Of a DNA stretch of 64,000 nt, positions 1-10,023 are shown piece after piece. Both the position numbers and the translations under genes were made by a program. Under the pieces are notes generated by a model. That model made no database searches. It saw only the letters and a list, made by a program, of their open reading frames with translations, and had not been told where the DNA came from. Source of the DNA: Devosia sp. (GTDB taxonomy: Bacteria; Pseudomonadota; Alphaproteobacteria; Rhizobiales; Devosiaceae); contig NZ_CP075529.1 of the NCBI RefSeq assembly GCF_025809055.1, forward strand, positions 349,011-413,010, written 5' to 3'. The number at the start of each line of letters is the position of its first letter. Position 1 is the stretch's first letter.

Positions 1-1866
1 TTCGACGTCCTGTTCAGCGAGGCCGACCGGCTGTCGCCAGCCAGGTTCGTCGACCGTGGGACCGATAATGACGAGATCTTCGCCGAAGCGCTCGCCGGCA
101 GTCCCTCGGTCCTCAGCCTGGCGCGCGGAGTCGGTGGCGCACCACCAGACGCCGGGCCCAAGGCGGGCGTTGCCATGACCGGGGAGGACCCCCTGCGTCA
201 GGTGGCAGAAATCGGTGGCGCGGCGCAGCCATTGCCGGACCTGTCGGCAGCAGCGCAGGGCGTTGGCGTCGCCAATCTCGGCCGGGACAGCGCCGGCATT
301 GCCCGCCGTCTGCCGCTCATCTGGCGCCAGGGTGAGCGCGTCTATCCCGCCCTGGCCATAGAGGCCCTGCGCGTGGCCCAGGGGGCCTCGACCCTGGTGG
401 TCCTGGGCGATACCGCCGGGGGCGGCACCGTGGAACAGGTGCGGGTCGGTGACCTCGTCGTGCCGACCGGGCCATCGGGGGACATCTGGCTCTATTACCG
501 GGAGCTGCCGGAGGACCTGGCGCTCCCGGCCCGCGAAATTTTTGTCGATGGCTATGGACAAATGGCAGACCGCATTGCCGGCCACATTGTGCTGATCGGG
601 TCGTCGGCAAGCGGACTTCTCGATATCCGCGTCAACACGCTTGGCGAAGCCGTCGCCGGCGTCACCATCCATGCCCAGGCCCTCGAGCAGATGCTCACGG
701 GAATTTTCCTCCAGCGTGCCGATTGGGTGGTCGGGCTTGAACTGCTGATATTTGCGATAACCGCCATGATCATCGTCCTCGCCGTGGTCATGACCGGGCC
801 CATGTCGGGCCTTGCCGTCTCGCTCACCGCCGGCATCGCCATCGTCGTTGTCTCGTGGGTGGCCTTTGTGGGGCCGCGCCTGCTGATCGACCCGAGCTTT
901 TCCCTCTTTGCAGCACTGATCGTCTATGCGGCCATGGCGTTCTACCGCTTCGCAGTGACCGACGCCGACCGCCGCCGCATCCGCCGGGCCTTTGGTCATT
1001 ATGTCGAGCCGTCCCTGCTGACCCGCATCGAGGCCGATGCCAGCCTTTTGCGGCTGGGTGGCGATCTCCGGGATCTGACGGTGATGTTTTCCGATGTCCG
1101 CAACTTCACCACGCTGGCAGAAAAGACCCCGCCCGCCGAACTTGTCGCCAAGCTGAACCGGCTGTTCGCCATTCTCGGCAAGTCCATCGTTGGCCACCAT
1201 GGCACGATCGACAAGTTCATGGGCGACGCCGTCATGGCCTTCTGGAACGCCCCCGCGGAACTGGATCGCCATGCGCTGATGGCCTGCCGCGCCGCCCTCG
1301 ACATGCGCCGGTCGCTGGCCGAGCTCAATGCATCGAGCAATGACCCGATGACCATCGGCATCGGCATCGCGACCGGCCCGGCGCTGGTCGGCAATATGGG
1401 GTTCGAACAGCGCTTCGACTATTCCTGCATCGGCGACACCGTCAACGTCGCCAGCCGCATCGAGGGCGCCTGCAGACGCGTGGGCCACGACATCCTGGTT
1501 ACGCAGCCCACTGCCCAGGCCGCCCCCGAATTTGCCTTCCTCGATCTCGGCTCGGTCGAACTCAAGGGCATGTCCGAACCCGAACCGGTCCTTGCCTTGG
1601 TCGGCGACGAAACCATGCGCGCAAGTCCCCCCTTCGCGCGCCTCCTCGACGCGCACGCGGCCCTTCTCGACCTGCTGAGCGCTGGCGGGACGCCTAGCGC
1701 AGAAATCGAACCGGCCCTGCACAACTGCGCAAAGCTGGCCGACGCCACCCAACCCGGCCTCAGCGCAATCTATCGGGCCATGCCCGAACGCCTGTCGGAT
1801 TTCTCTGGCCAGCCTGTACCCCAGGAAACAGACCTAGTAATGCGCGGTGGTCACAATGTCGTTTAG
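1..1866 (+). CDS. CHASE2-domain adenylate/guanylate cyclase (5' end outside window)
   Basis: Frame 1 is open from base 1 (FDVLFSEADR... upstream of the ATG at 175). A block of hydrophobic helices is followed by class III cyclase motifs LTVMFSDVRNFT, GTIDKFMGDAVMAFW, IGIATGPALVGNMG and DYSCIGDTVNVASRIEG. Confidence 0.85.
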   Translation, partial: FDVLFSEADRLSPARFVDRGTDNDEIFAEALAGSPSVLSLARGVGGAPPDAGPKAGVAMTGEDPLRQVAEIGGAAQPLPDLSAAAQGVGVANLGRDSAGIARRLPLIWRQGERVYPALAIEALRVAQGASTLVVLGDTAGGGTVEQVRVGDLVVPTGPSGDIWLYYRELPEDLALPAREIFVDGYGQMADRIAGHIVLIGSSASGLLDIRVNTLGEAVAGVTIHAQALEQMLTGIFLQRADWVVGLELLIFAITAMIIVLAVVMTGPMSGLAVSLTAGIAIVVVSWVAFVGPRLLIDPSFSLFAALIVYAAMAFYRFAVTDADRRRIRRAFGHYVEPSLLTRIEADASLLRLGGDLRDLTVMFSDVRNFTTLAEKTPPAELVAKLNRLFAILGKSIVGHHGTIDKFMGDAVMAFWNAPAELDRHALMACRAALDMRRSLAELNASSNDPMTIGIGIATGPALVGNMGFEQRFDYSCIGDTVNVASRIEGACRRVGHDILVTQPTAQAAPEFAFLDLGSVELKGMSEPEPVLALVGDETMRASPPFARLLDAHAALLDLLSAGGTPSAEIEPALHNCAKLADATQPGLSAIYRAMPERLSDFSGQPVPQETDLVMRGGHNVV

Positions 1867-1984
1867 TCGCCGTTGCTTCCAGGCGGTGTCAAACTTACTG
1901 CAGAGGGCTGGCCTTGCAAAAACATGTGGCCTTGGTCATTGATCGGGTAACTACTCTGCGAAGGCACGACAACAGGATTGGGCT

Positions 1985-3700
1985 TTGGCCATAACCAGTT
2001 CAGACCAACCCGGATTTCTAAAGTTGCGCCTTACGGGACCGGCTATGGGTCTTTTTGCCGTGAGCATGGTGTCCAACCTGCTCATGCTCACCGGCCCCAT
2101 GTTCATGCTGCAGATCTATGATCGGGTGCTGGCCAGCCGCTCAGTGCCGACGCTGATCGTGCTGACCGTACTGATCTGCGCGCTTTTTGGCTTCTACGCA
2201 TTTCTCGAGACACTGAGGAGCCGCATGGCGGCCCGCTTCGCTGACGTCCTGGACGCCAGGATATCAGGGCGGCTTTTCGATGCTTCCGTCCACTACAGGC
2301 TTTCCAGCGGCAATGCCCGCTCATCCGACCCGGTTCGCGACAGCGACCAACTCCGCCAGTTCCTCTCTAGTCCCGGTCCGCTCAGCCTTCTCGATCTGCC
2401 ATGGGTGCCTGCTTATCTTGGCGTCGTCTTCATCCTTCACGTCTGGCTGGGTTGGCTGGCCGTGGCGGGGGGACTGGTGATTGTCGTGCTGATGATCTGC
2501 AACGAAGTCGTGTCACGCAAACCGTCCAGCGAACTCACCAGCCATCAGCAGGTCCGTCAGCGCCAAAGCGATGACGCGCGCAACAATGCAGAGACGGTCA
2601 TGGCCATGGGCATGCTGGACACGCTCCGCACCCGATGGACCGCGCAATCTCGCCAAATGCTTTCGGCCCAGCGGCGGGGCGGTGACCGGGCATCGCTCTT
2701 CTCTTCGCTGACCAAGGGGTCGCGCCTGCTTCTGCAGTCGCTGGTCCTGGCGCTCGGCGCCTACCTGGCGATACATGGCGATATCAGTCCGGGCCTGATG
2801 ATCGCCGCGTCGATTATTACGGCGCGTGCCCTTGCTCCGGTTGAGCAGATCGTGGGTCAATGGCGCAGCTTTGTCGGTGCCCGTCAGGCCTGGGGCCGCA
2901 TCCGCCGGGTACTTGATATCAAACTCCCGGGCGAGCGGGCCGTCAGCCTGCCGTTGCCGACACGCAGTATTGCCGTGCGCAATCTGGCGACGGCCCCCGC
3001 CGGTCTGGATGGTGCGCTGGTGGCCGGCATCAATTTTGAACTGCATGCCGGTGAGGGCCTTGGCATTATCGGCGCCTCTGGCTGCGGAAAGTCCTCTCTG
3101 GTGCGCGCCATCATGGGGGTCTGGCCCGCCCGGGCCGGTGAAGTGCGATTCGATGGCGCGCCACTAGGACATTATCGACCCGATCAGGTCGGCCGGATGA
3201 TCGGATACCTGCCGCAGCGGGTGGACCTGTTCGATGGTACGATTGCCGAGAACATCGCGCGTTTCCGCCCCGACGCGACGAGTGAAAAGATCATTGCGGC
3301 GGCGCGGCTTGCCGGCGCCCACGACCTCATCAATGCACTCGAGGACGGCTACAATTCGCCGGTAGGCGAACAGGGAGACCGCCTGAGCGGTGGTCAGAAG
3401 CAACGCGTGGGACTGGCGCGGGCCCTCTATGACAACCCGTTCCTGATTGTTCTGGACGAACCCAATGCCAATCTCGATTCCGAGGGCGACGCCGCCATGA
3501 CCCACGCCATCCAGCAGGCGCGTGCGCGCGGCGCCATCGTCATGGTCATTGCTCATCGCCCGAGCGCCATCGCCGGGGTCGAGAAAGTCCTCTACATGCA
3601 GGCCGGTCGCCAATTGGCTTTCGGTGCCAAGCACGATGTCCTCCCGCAGATACTCGAACCAGCCGGAAACGTCCGCCCGATGAAGGCGCCGGGCTCATGA
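1985..3700 (+). CDS. Type I secretion system permease/ATPase (PrtD/HasD-like ABC, no C39 peptidase domain)
   Basis: N-terminal 6-TM region. Walker A GASGCGKSS, ABC signature LSGGQKQRVGLARAL, Walker B LIVLDEPNANLD. TTG start in the ORF track, so the exact start is uncertain. Confidence 0.85.
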   Translation: MAITSSDQPGFLKLRLTGPAMGLFAVSMVSNLLMLTGPMFMLQIYDRVLASRSVPTLIVLTVLICALFGFYAFLETLRSRMAARFADVLDARISGRLFDASVHYRLSSGNARSSDPVRDSDQLRQFLSSPGPLSLLDLPWVPAYLGVVFILHVWLGWLAVAGGLVIVVLMICNEVVSRKPSSELTSHQQVRQRQSDDARNNAETVMAMGMLDTLRTRWTAQSRQMLSAQRRGGDRASLFSSLTKGSRLLLQSLVLALGAYLAIHGDISPGLMIAASIITARALAPVEQIVGQWRSFVGARQAWGRIRRVLDIKLPGERAVSLPLPTRSIAVRNLATAPAGLDGALVAGINFELHAGEGLGIIGASGCGKSSLVRAIMGVWPARAGEVRFDGAPLGHYRPDQVGRMIGYLPQRVDLFDGTIAENIARFRPDATSEKIIAAARLAGAHDLINALEDGYNSPVGEQGDRLSGGQKQRVGLARALYDNPFLIVLDEPNANLDSEGDAAMTHAIQQARARGAIVMVIAHRPSAIAGVEKVLYMQAGRQLAFGAKHDVLPQILEPAGNVRPMKAPGS

Positions 3701-5016
3701 CGGGCGATGGGGGCGGCATTCGCGAGGATCTCGGCAGTCTGAGGCGCCATGGTCTGGTGGGCCTGATCGCCGTTGTCGTCCTCTTCGGCGGCATGACGGC
3801 ATGGGCGGCTGTCACCGAGATTTCGGGAGCCATCATTGCCCATGGCGTGCTGGAAGTCGAAGACAGCGCCAAGCGCGTGCAACATCCCGATGGCGGCGTT
3901 GTCGAGCAGGTTCTCGTGCGCAACGAGGACGTGGTCGAGGCCGGGCAGTTGATCGCGGTTCTGGAGCGCACCACCATGCTGGCGGCGGTTGCCCTGGCGG
4001 AAAACCAACTGCGCGAGGCCTATGCCCGCGAGGCTCGGCTGGTTGCCGAACTGGCCGGCGCAGCAGAAATAGCGCGTCCGGACGCAGCCCTCGAAATTTT
4101 CTCTGAAGCCGAAATGGCTCCCCTGCTTGCCCTCGAGCAGGAGGTGCTGACCGTGCGCCTCCAGGCTCGGGATGGCCGTATCAACCAGCTCAATGAGCAG
4201 ATCGTCCAGCTTGATCGCCAGCGTGAGGGTATGCAGACGCAGCAGGTGGCGGTGGAAAACCAGATCGCTCTGGTAGAGACGGAGATCGAGGATTTTGAAT
4301 CCCTGTTCGCTGATCGCCTTGTGCAGGCCAGCCGCGGCTCTGCCCTGAACAAGGAACTGGCGCTGGCGCAGGGGCAGTTGGGGCAGTTGACTGCTTCGAT
4401 AGCGGCGACCGCGGCCGCCGGAGCCGAGCGGGCTCTGCAGATCGAGCAGATCCGCGCCGAATTCGTGTCGTCGGGCCTGGCAGACCTGCAACAGGCGCGG
4501 AGCGTGATCGGAGAGGCCAGTCAGCGGCGGATCGCCGAGCGCGAGCGACTGCGCCGGGCCGAAATTCGTGCGCCCCATGCTGGCGTAGTCCACGAATCTA
4601 TCCTGCACACGGTTGGCGGCGTGGTCGGCGCCGGGGAAACACTCATGTTGATCGTACCGCAGGACGAACGTCTGCTTGGCGCCGTACGGATCAGTCCGAT
4701 CGATATCGACAAGGTGGTTGCCGGGCAGGAGGCCGTGGTGCGCTTGCCTGGGCTCAATCCGCGCACGACGCCTGAACTTTTCGCGACTGTAACACGCGTC
4801 GCGCCGGACCTGACGCTCGATCGCGTCTCGGGGCAGTCATACTACGCAGCTCGTATCACCATTCCCGCCGAGGAAATCGCACGGCTGCCAACTGGCACCG
4901 CATTGCTGCCGGGGATGCCGCTCGATGTCTATGTGCAAACCGGCGACCGGACAGTCCTGTCATACCTGCTTCATCCCGCGACTGAGCAACTCAGCCGCGC
5001 GCTGCGCGAGGAATAG
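3697..5016 (+). CDS. HlyD-family type I secretion membrane-fusion (periplasmic adaptor) protein
   Basis: 4-bp overlap with the upstream ABC gene. One N-terminal TM helix, a long coiled-coil segment, and the C-terminal motif LLPGMPLDVYVQTGDRTVLSYLLHP typical of HlyD/PrtE. Confidence 0.8.
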   Translation: MTGDGGGIREDLGSLRRHGLVGLIAVVVLFGGMTAWAAVTEISGAIIAHGVLEVEDSAKRVQHPDGGVVEQVLVRNEDVVEAGQLIAVLERTTMLAAVALAENQLREAYAREARLVAELAGAAEIARPDAALEIFSEAEMAPLLALEQEVLTVRLQARDGRINQLNEQIVQLDRQREGMQTQQVAVENQIALVETEIEDFESLFADRLVQASRGSALNKELALAQGQLGQLTASIAATAAAGAERALQIEQIRAEFVSSGLADLQQARSVIGEASQRRIAERERLRRAEIRAPHAGVVHESILHTVGGVVGAGETLMLIVPQDERLLGAVRISPIDIDKVVAGQEAVVRLPGLNPRTTPELFATVTRVAPDLTLDRVSGQSYYAARITIPAEEIARLPTGTALLPGMPLDVYVQTGDRTVLSYLLHPATEQLSRALREE

Positions 5017-5035
5017 GCGAACCTGAAATGAAAAA

Positions 5036-5057
5036 CCCCGCCGTGGCGGGGATTTAA
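5036..5057. terminator. Bidirectional rho-independent terminator hairpin
   Basis: CCCCGCC-GT-GGCGGGG stem. It is flanked by AAAAA on the + strand 5' side (TTTTT on the - strand, downstream of tRNA-Pro) and ATTTAAT on the 3' side. Confidence 0.5.
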
Positions 5058-5134
5058 TGGTCGGAGCGGCCGGATTTGAACCGACGACCCTTTGTCCCCC
5101 AGACAAATGCGCTACCAGGCTGCGCTACGCCCCG
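5058..5134 (-). tRNA. tRNA-Pro (anticodon GGG)
   Basis: The reverse complement CGGGGCGTAGCGCAGCCTGGTAGCGCATTTGTCTGGGGGACAAAGGGTCGTCGGTTCAAATCCGGCCGCTCCGACCA folds as a cloverleaf. Anticodon loop CTGGGGG, T-loop TTCAAAT, encoded CCA. Confidence 0.88.
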
Positions 5135-5314
5135 ACTGCGCGGAGACATAGAGATATAGGTCCGCAGAGGCAAGCCCGTTTTTTGTTCGCGGGGATCAAT
5201 CTCGTCTGCGGAACCTACTTCGCGGCCGGCATGCCTTGGCTCGCACGGATAGATGGGTATCCGCGACAGTCCCGCCCATCAGCCCTACCACGGTGAGCGC
5301 GCCTGGAACGACGA

Positions 5315-6601
5315 CTAGACGAGCACGCGCTCGCCGTTCCGCGCTTTTCCGCCCGCCATGCCCACCGCGCTGGACAATCCCCAAACCAGGCCGATCAACA
5401 GGTAGATGTGGCGCCAGTGATCGGAATCGATGATCACCGACTCGGCCATGACGATTGGAAATGTTGCGGCCACGGGAATAGCGAGGAGGCGGTACGGGGA
5501 GGGGCGTGCCACCATGGTGAAGCACTTCCACAGCGTGACCGCGATCAGCACGTAAAACATGGCGCCGCCGCCCCACCCATAGACATGCAGGACCGAGACA
5601 TAGACGTTGTGCGGCTCTTCGACGATCCGCAGGTTGCGGAACTCGCCCGGCCCCAGGCCCCAGGGATTGTTGAGCGCCAGCTCGAATGCATAACCCTGGC
5701 GGCCGAACCGACCCGTCTCGCCGGTATCGTAGTTCTGCGAACTTGCCCGCGCTTCGAACAGCGAGCCTACGGCCGGAATCGAGAGCAATCCGCCCAGGGC
5801 TATGATGAGCATGAAGCCACCGGCCAGAGCCATCAGCATGATCCGTACCTTCTCGCGGGCATTGGCCTCGAGAAGGAATACCAGCGCCAGCACGATCAGT
5901 GAGGAGACGGCGAAATGGCCCCAGGCGGCGCGTGAAAAACTGACAAAGACGCCGACGAACAGCACCATGTAGATGCCGCCCGCCGTGATCACCTGCCAGC
6001 CTTTGCCGAGCAGGATGCGCTGCAGCGCAAACATCGCTGGCAGCACGAGGAAGGGACCGAAGACGTTCGGGTCCTTGAACATGGCCTTGGCGCGGCCATA
6101 GCGCAGGAACAGGTCGGCCGCCGGCATGAGGCCCAGATAGGCCAGTGTGCCGATGATCGCTGCCATGACGGCGGCGGCCGTATAGCCGATGACCACGATG
6201 CGCATGCGCCTTTCGGGGGCTTCGGCGATGTAATTGGCCAGAAAATAGGAGGTGACCATGAGGAAGATGGTCACGATGGTGAAGATCAGCGCGTCGCTGA
6301 CCGTGCTGTACTTCACCTGGAAGCAGGCGATCAGGGCGAAGGGCGAAAAGGCCAGCATGATGGCCATGAGGCCGAAGGTGGATCGGTAGAGCCCAAGCCC
6401 GGCCATCAGCGCCACGGGCAGCAGGAGCAGGAACGTCAACTCATAGGGTGAGGGCTCGAACAGCACCACCCCGCCGGAAAAAATCCAGACGCCGACCAGG
6501 ATATCCATGAGCCGGGTGGCGCGGCTGTGCATATAGGAGAGGCCGGGTCTTGCGGACCCGGCCCCAACCAGACCGGCATCGAGTGTGCCGGTGGCGGTCA
6601 A
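5315..6601 (-). CDS. O-antigen ligase/polymerase-family (Wzy_C-like) polytopic membrane protein
   Basis: About 10-12 hydrophobic helices with one larger loop. It overlaps the stop of the upstream priming transferase by 4 bp (TTG start, so the start is uncertain) and sits in a polysaccharide cluster. Confidence 0.6.
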   Translation of the reverse strand: MTATGTLDAGLVGAGSARPGLSYMHSRATRLMDILVGVWIFSGGVVLFEPSPYELTFLLLLPVALMAGLGLYRSTFGLMAIMLAFSPFALIACFQVKYSTVSDALIFTIVTIFLMVTSYFLANYIAEAPERRMRIVVIGYTAAAVMAAIIGTLAYLGLMPAADLFLRYGRAKAMFKDPNVFGPFLVLPAMFALQRILLGKGWQVITAGGIYMVLFVGVFVSFSRAAWGHFAVSSLIVLALVFLLEANAREKVRIMLMALAGGFMLIIALGGLLSIPAVGSLFEARASSQNYDTGETGRFGRQGYAFELALNNPWGLGPGEFRNLRIVEEPHNVYVSVLHVYGWGGGAMFYVLIAVTLWKCFTMVARPSPYRLLAIPVAATFPIVMAESVIIDSDHWRHIYLLIGLVWGLSSAVGMAGGKARNGERVLV

Positions 6602-8121
6602 TAGGCGTTCTCGTTCTTGGCGACCAGCGACACCGGCGTCATCACCAGGATGTAGAGATCGAGCAGGATGGACCAGTGCTCGATGTAATAGAGGTCGTGA
6701 TTGACGCGCTGCATGATCTTGTCGATCGTGTCGGTCTCGCCGCGCCAGCCATTGATCTGGGCCCAGCCGGTAATGCCGGGTTTGACGCGGTGCCGGGCAA
6801 AATAGCCTTCAACCGCTTCATAGTAGAGCTTGTTGTCGGCCTTGGCCTGCAGCGCATGGGGACGCGGGCCAACGATGGACAACTCGCCCTTGAGCACATT
6901 GAACAGCTGCGGCAACTCGTCAATCGAGGTGCGGCGGATGAACTTGCCAACGCGGGTGACGCGCGGATCGTCCTTGGTCACCAGCTTGGCCGCTGCCGCG
7001 TCCAGCATGTCGGTGCGCATCGAACGGAATTTGTAGATGCGGATCAGCTCGTTGTTGAAGCCATGCCGGTGCTGCACGAAGAACACGGGCCCCTTGCTTT
7101 CGAGCTTTATCGCAATGGCGGTGATCACCATGATCGGCGACAGCAGGATCAGCGCGGAGAGGGCGACGACCTTGTCGAACACCCATTTGAACACCAGGTT
7201 CCAGTCCGAAATAGGCCGGTCGGCCATGTCGAGCACCGGAACATCGCCCACATAGGAATAGGCCTTTTCGGTGAATTTCAGCTTGCTCATATGGGCCGAC
7301 AGGCGAATGTCCACCGGCAGCACCCAGAGCTGGGTGAGCATGTCGAGCACGCGCTTTTCGGCCGAGAGCGGCATGGAGACGATCACCAGGTCGACCGGCG
7401 TGCGGCGCGCAAACTCGATGAGTTCGGCAACCTTGCCCAGCTTCTGGTAGCCCGCAACGAAATCGGGCGAGCGGTCGTCAATGCGGTCGTCGAACAGGCC
7501 GAGCAGGTTGATATCGCGATTGGCGCCGGCTTCGATGTGGTGAATGAGGTCTTCGGCATCGGCACCGCCGCCGACAATGACCGTGCGGCGCTTGAGCCGA
7601 CCCTGGGCCGTCCAGTGCTGCACCATGGTGCGCAGCAACAGCCGGAACGCGATCAGCAGGACTGCGCCGGATGCGAACCAGGTCAGCAGCCAGACGCGCG
7701 ACACCATGTCGGATGCCTTGAAGAAAAAGATGCCGGCCGTGAGCACCACCATGACCACGGTCCAGGCGCCCAACACCCGGCCGATCTGCGAGAGGAAGGT
7801 GCGATAGGCGGCTACGCGGTGCGAGCGCACGGCATTGAACAGGATATTGGCCAGCAGCGTCGTCGCAAGGATGACGGGAATATAGAACGCATCCTGCTGC
7901 GGCTCGATATAGGCGGCGTGAATGCCATAGCCGAGCAGGGCCAGCAGAGCGGCTTCCGCCACCTGCGCGACACCGGCAACCACGGCGCTGGACATGGTGC
8001 GCTCGACCGGCGCGCGGATAATCGCTTCGGCCTGTGGCCTCAGACGAACAAAACCATCGTCATCGCCGGACGGGCGCGACGCATGGTCGAGAATGGCCTT
8101 CTTGGGATCGACGCGAAACAT
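6598..8121 (-). CDS. Polyprenyl-phosphate hexose-1-phosphate transferase (priming glycosyltransferase, WbaP/ExoY/PssY class)
   Basis: Four or five N-terminal TM helices, a Rossmann-like middle section, and a C-terminal bacterial sugar-transferase domain (KGPVFFVQHRHGFNNELIRIYKFRSM ... DELPQLFNVLKGELSIVGPRPH). The ORF is open to 8217. I prefer the ATG at 8121 because it removes the overlap with the upstream GT and follows AGGGG. Confidence 0.85.
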   Translation of the reverse strand: MFRVDPKKAILDHASRPSGDDDGFVRLRPQAEAIIRAPVERTMSSAVVAGVAQVAEAALLALLGYGIHAAYIEPQQDAFYIPVILATTLLANILFNAVRSHRVAAYRTFLSQIGRVLGAWTVVMVVLTAGIFFFKASDMVSRVWLLTWFASGAVLLIAFRLLLRTMVQHWTAQGRLKRRTVIVGGGADAEDLIHHIEAGANRDINLLGLFDDRIDDRSPDFVAGYQKLGKVAELIEFARRTPVDLVIVSMPLSAEKRVLDMLTQLWVLPVDIRLSAHMSKLKFTEKAYSYVGDVPVLDMADRPISDWNLVFKWVFDKVVALSALILLSPIMVITAIAIKLESKGPVFFVQHRHGFNNELIRIYKFRSMRTDMLDAAAAKLVTKDDPRVTRVGKFIRRTSIDELPQLFNVLKGELSIVGPRPHALQAKADNKLYYEAVEGYFARHRVKPGITGWAQINGWRGETDTIDKIMQRVNHDLYYIEHWSILLDLYILVMTPVSLVAKNENAY

Positions 8122-8173
8122 TTTACCCCTGCTGGCACGCAAGTTTGCTGGGGGCATTGTCCACAGGAGGAGT

Positions 8174-9310
8174 TTAAACTCGGTGAAGCCTGTTCGGGTC
8201 TTTGTGCGGATCGCCACGATAGAGGCCTGCTATGGCCTCGGTCATTCGCCCGACCGAGAAGTGCTCGCTGACGCGGGCGCGCAGGAGCTGCATGTCGGCG
8301 ATTGCGGCATCCGGTGCGGCAAGAACGGCGCCCATGGCAGCGCGAAGCGCCTCAGGGTCGCCGGCCGGAATCAGCCTTTGTGCATAGGGCCCGAAGATTT
8401 CGGGAATACCGCCCACGCCCGTCGTGATCACGGGGAGCCCGGCGGCTGCGGCCTCCAGAACGATATAGGGCAGGGACTCGGCCAGCGAGGGCACGACGGC
8501 GCAGCGCGCCTGCGCAAACGCCTCCCGGGCAGGGCGGGAGCCGAGAAGGGTCACGCGCTTTGTGAGGCCGGCCTGCTCTAGCCGTGTTTCCAGTTCCGCG
8601 CGGTCGGGCCCATCACCAGCCATGACCAGCGTTGCGGGCGTGCCGTCGGGCCGCTTGAGCGGCGCCAGCGCTTCGACCAGCGGAAAGATGCCCTTGAGTG
8701 CCCGCAATTCACCCACGAACACGAAGTCTGCTGCATCGGGGCGGATCGTGACAGGCTCGAATTCAGTATCAACCAGGCCATTATGGATGATCGCACTGCG
8801 GCAGCTGGGCGCCGCGATCAGACGGGAATAGGCCTCCCCTGCGAAAGCGCTCTCGAAAATGATGGTGTTGGTGAACCCCATGAGCCGGCGTTCGAGCGCA
8901 TGGAATAAACGGCCGGACATGCCCCTTGGGTCAAAGTGCAAGACGCCGCCATGCGGGGTGTAGAATATCTCGGCCCTTGCACCGGCCAGCTTGGCCAGTC
9001 GCGCATAGAAACCGCCTTTGGCGCCGTGGCCGTGCATGATGTCGATGTCGAGACGGCGCGCCAGGCCAGATACCGCAAAGGGCGTGGTGAGGTCGCCGCG
9101 ACCCAGTACGCGGGGCATCGGATAGCGGTGAATGCCGAGCGCGGCATGAGGTTCAAGCTCTGCCAGCCTGCTCTCGGTCTGCCCATCATTGGCCAGGGTG
9201 TCGACGATAAGGCCAATGCTGTGCCCACGCGCCGAAAGGGCGCGGGTGAGGTCGGCGACGTGGCGAAACAGCCCGCCAACAGGCGCGCGCATGACCTGCA
9301 GGATCCGCAT
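8174..9310 (-). CDS. GT4-family (GT-B fold) glycosyltransferase
   Basis: C-terminal EX7E-type motif region ...VVPSLAESLPYIVLEAAAAGLPVITTGVGGIPEIFG. An alternative GTG start at 9337 overlaps the upstream gene. Confidence 0.8.
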   Translation of the reverse strand: MRILQVMRAPVGGLFRHVADLTRALSARGHSIGLIVDTLANDGQTESRLAELEPHAALGIHRYPMPRVLGRGDLTTPFAVSGLARRLDIDIMHGHGAKGGFYARLAKLAGARAEIFYTPHGGVLHFDPRGMSGRLFHALERRLMGFTNTIIFESAFAGEAYSRLIAAPSCRSAIIHNGLVDTEFEPVTIRPDAADFVFVGELRALKGIFPLVEALAPLKRPDGTPATLVMAGDGPDRAELETRLEQAGLTKRVTLLGSRPAREAFAQARCAVVPSLAESLPYIVLEAAAAGLPVITTGVGGIPEIFGPYAQRLIPAGDPEALRAAMGAVLAAPDAAIADMQLLRARVSEHFSVGRMTEAIAGLYRGDPHKDPNRLHRV

Positions 9311-9327
9311 GGGTTTTTCGGCCACGC

Positions 9328-9879
9328 CTAGAACCACCGCTCCTCGATGACGATGGTATCGCCCGGCGCAATCGGGAAATCGAGATCGACGACGCCTTTG
9401 ACCATCTGATTGTTCTGGCGGCGATAGACCACGGCCCGCTCGCGGTCGGCGGTGTCGCTGAAGCCGCCGGCGGTGCTGACGGCGCCCCGGACGGTCATGC
9501 CGTAGAGATAGGTAAACTGCCCCGAACTCGTGACCTCGCCCTGGATGAAGAACGGGCGATACTGCTCGATCTCCACCGCCACATCCGGGTTGCGCATATA
9601 ACCGTTGGCCAGGGCCGAGGCCAGGCGGCCGCTGGCCTGTTCGGTCGTTGCGCCACGGACGGGGACGGGGCCGACCAGCGGAAACGCAATGGCGCCATTG
9701 TCGTCCACCCGGTAGGACTTGCTGAGCTCGGCATCGCCATAGACGGAAACGCGCACCACATCGCCCGAGTCGAGCTGATAGGGGCCCTTTGTCTCCACCA
9801 GATAGACGTCCGGGCGCGTCGTGGCGCAGGCGCTCAGCGGCGCAGCCAGGGCGATCAGCAATAGCGGCAGAAAGCGCAT
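9328..9879 (-). CDS. Polysaccharide export (OPX/Wza-like, short form) outer-membrane lipoprotein
   Basis: Signal peptide with lipobox LSAC. Poly_export-like YQLDSGDVVRVSVYG and an SLBB-like C-terminus (PGDTIVIEERWF). Confidence 0.8.
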   Translation of the reverse strand: MRFLPLLLIALAAPLSACATTRPDVYLVETKGPYQLDSGDVVRVSVYGDAELSKSYRVDDNGAIAFPLVGPVPVRGATTEQASGRLASALANGYMRNPDVAVEIEQYRPFFIQGEVTSSGQFTYLYGMTVRGAVSTAGGFSDTADRERAVVYRRQNNQMVKGVVDLDFPIAPGDTIVIEERWF

Positions 9880-10023
9880 AGGAATCCCGTGCGTTCGAGA
9901 TGAGCCGACTGTGGTTACTTATGGTTAAGAATTTCCTTACTCGCCGACCGGATTCACCCGAATTGCCAATTCGATTAACCGATTATTGACTACGCCCGGG
10001 CTTAGTTTGTCGGCATCGAGAGG

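Noticed and set aside
6550-8271. 573-aa ORF on the + strand
   Set aside because: It is antisense to the well-supported priming glycosyltransferase. The translation is His/Arg/Gly/Asp-rich low complexity with no motifs. It is a typical high-GC shadow ORF.
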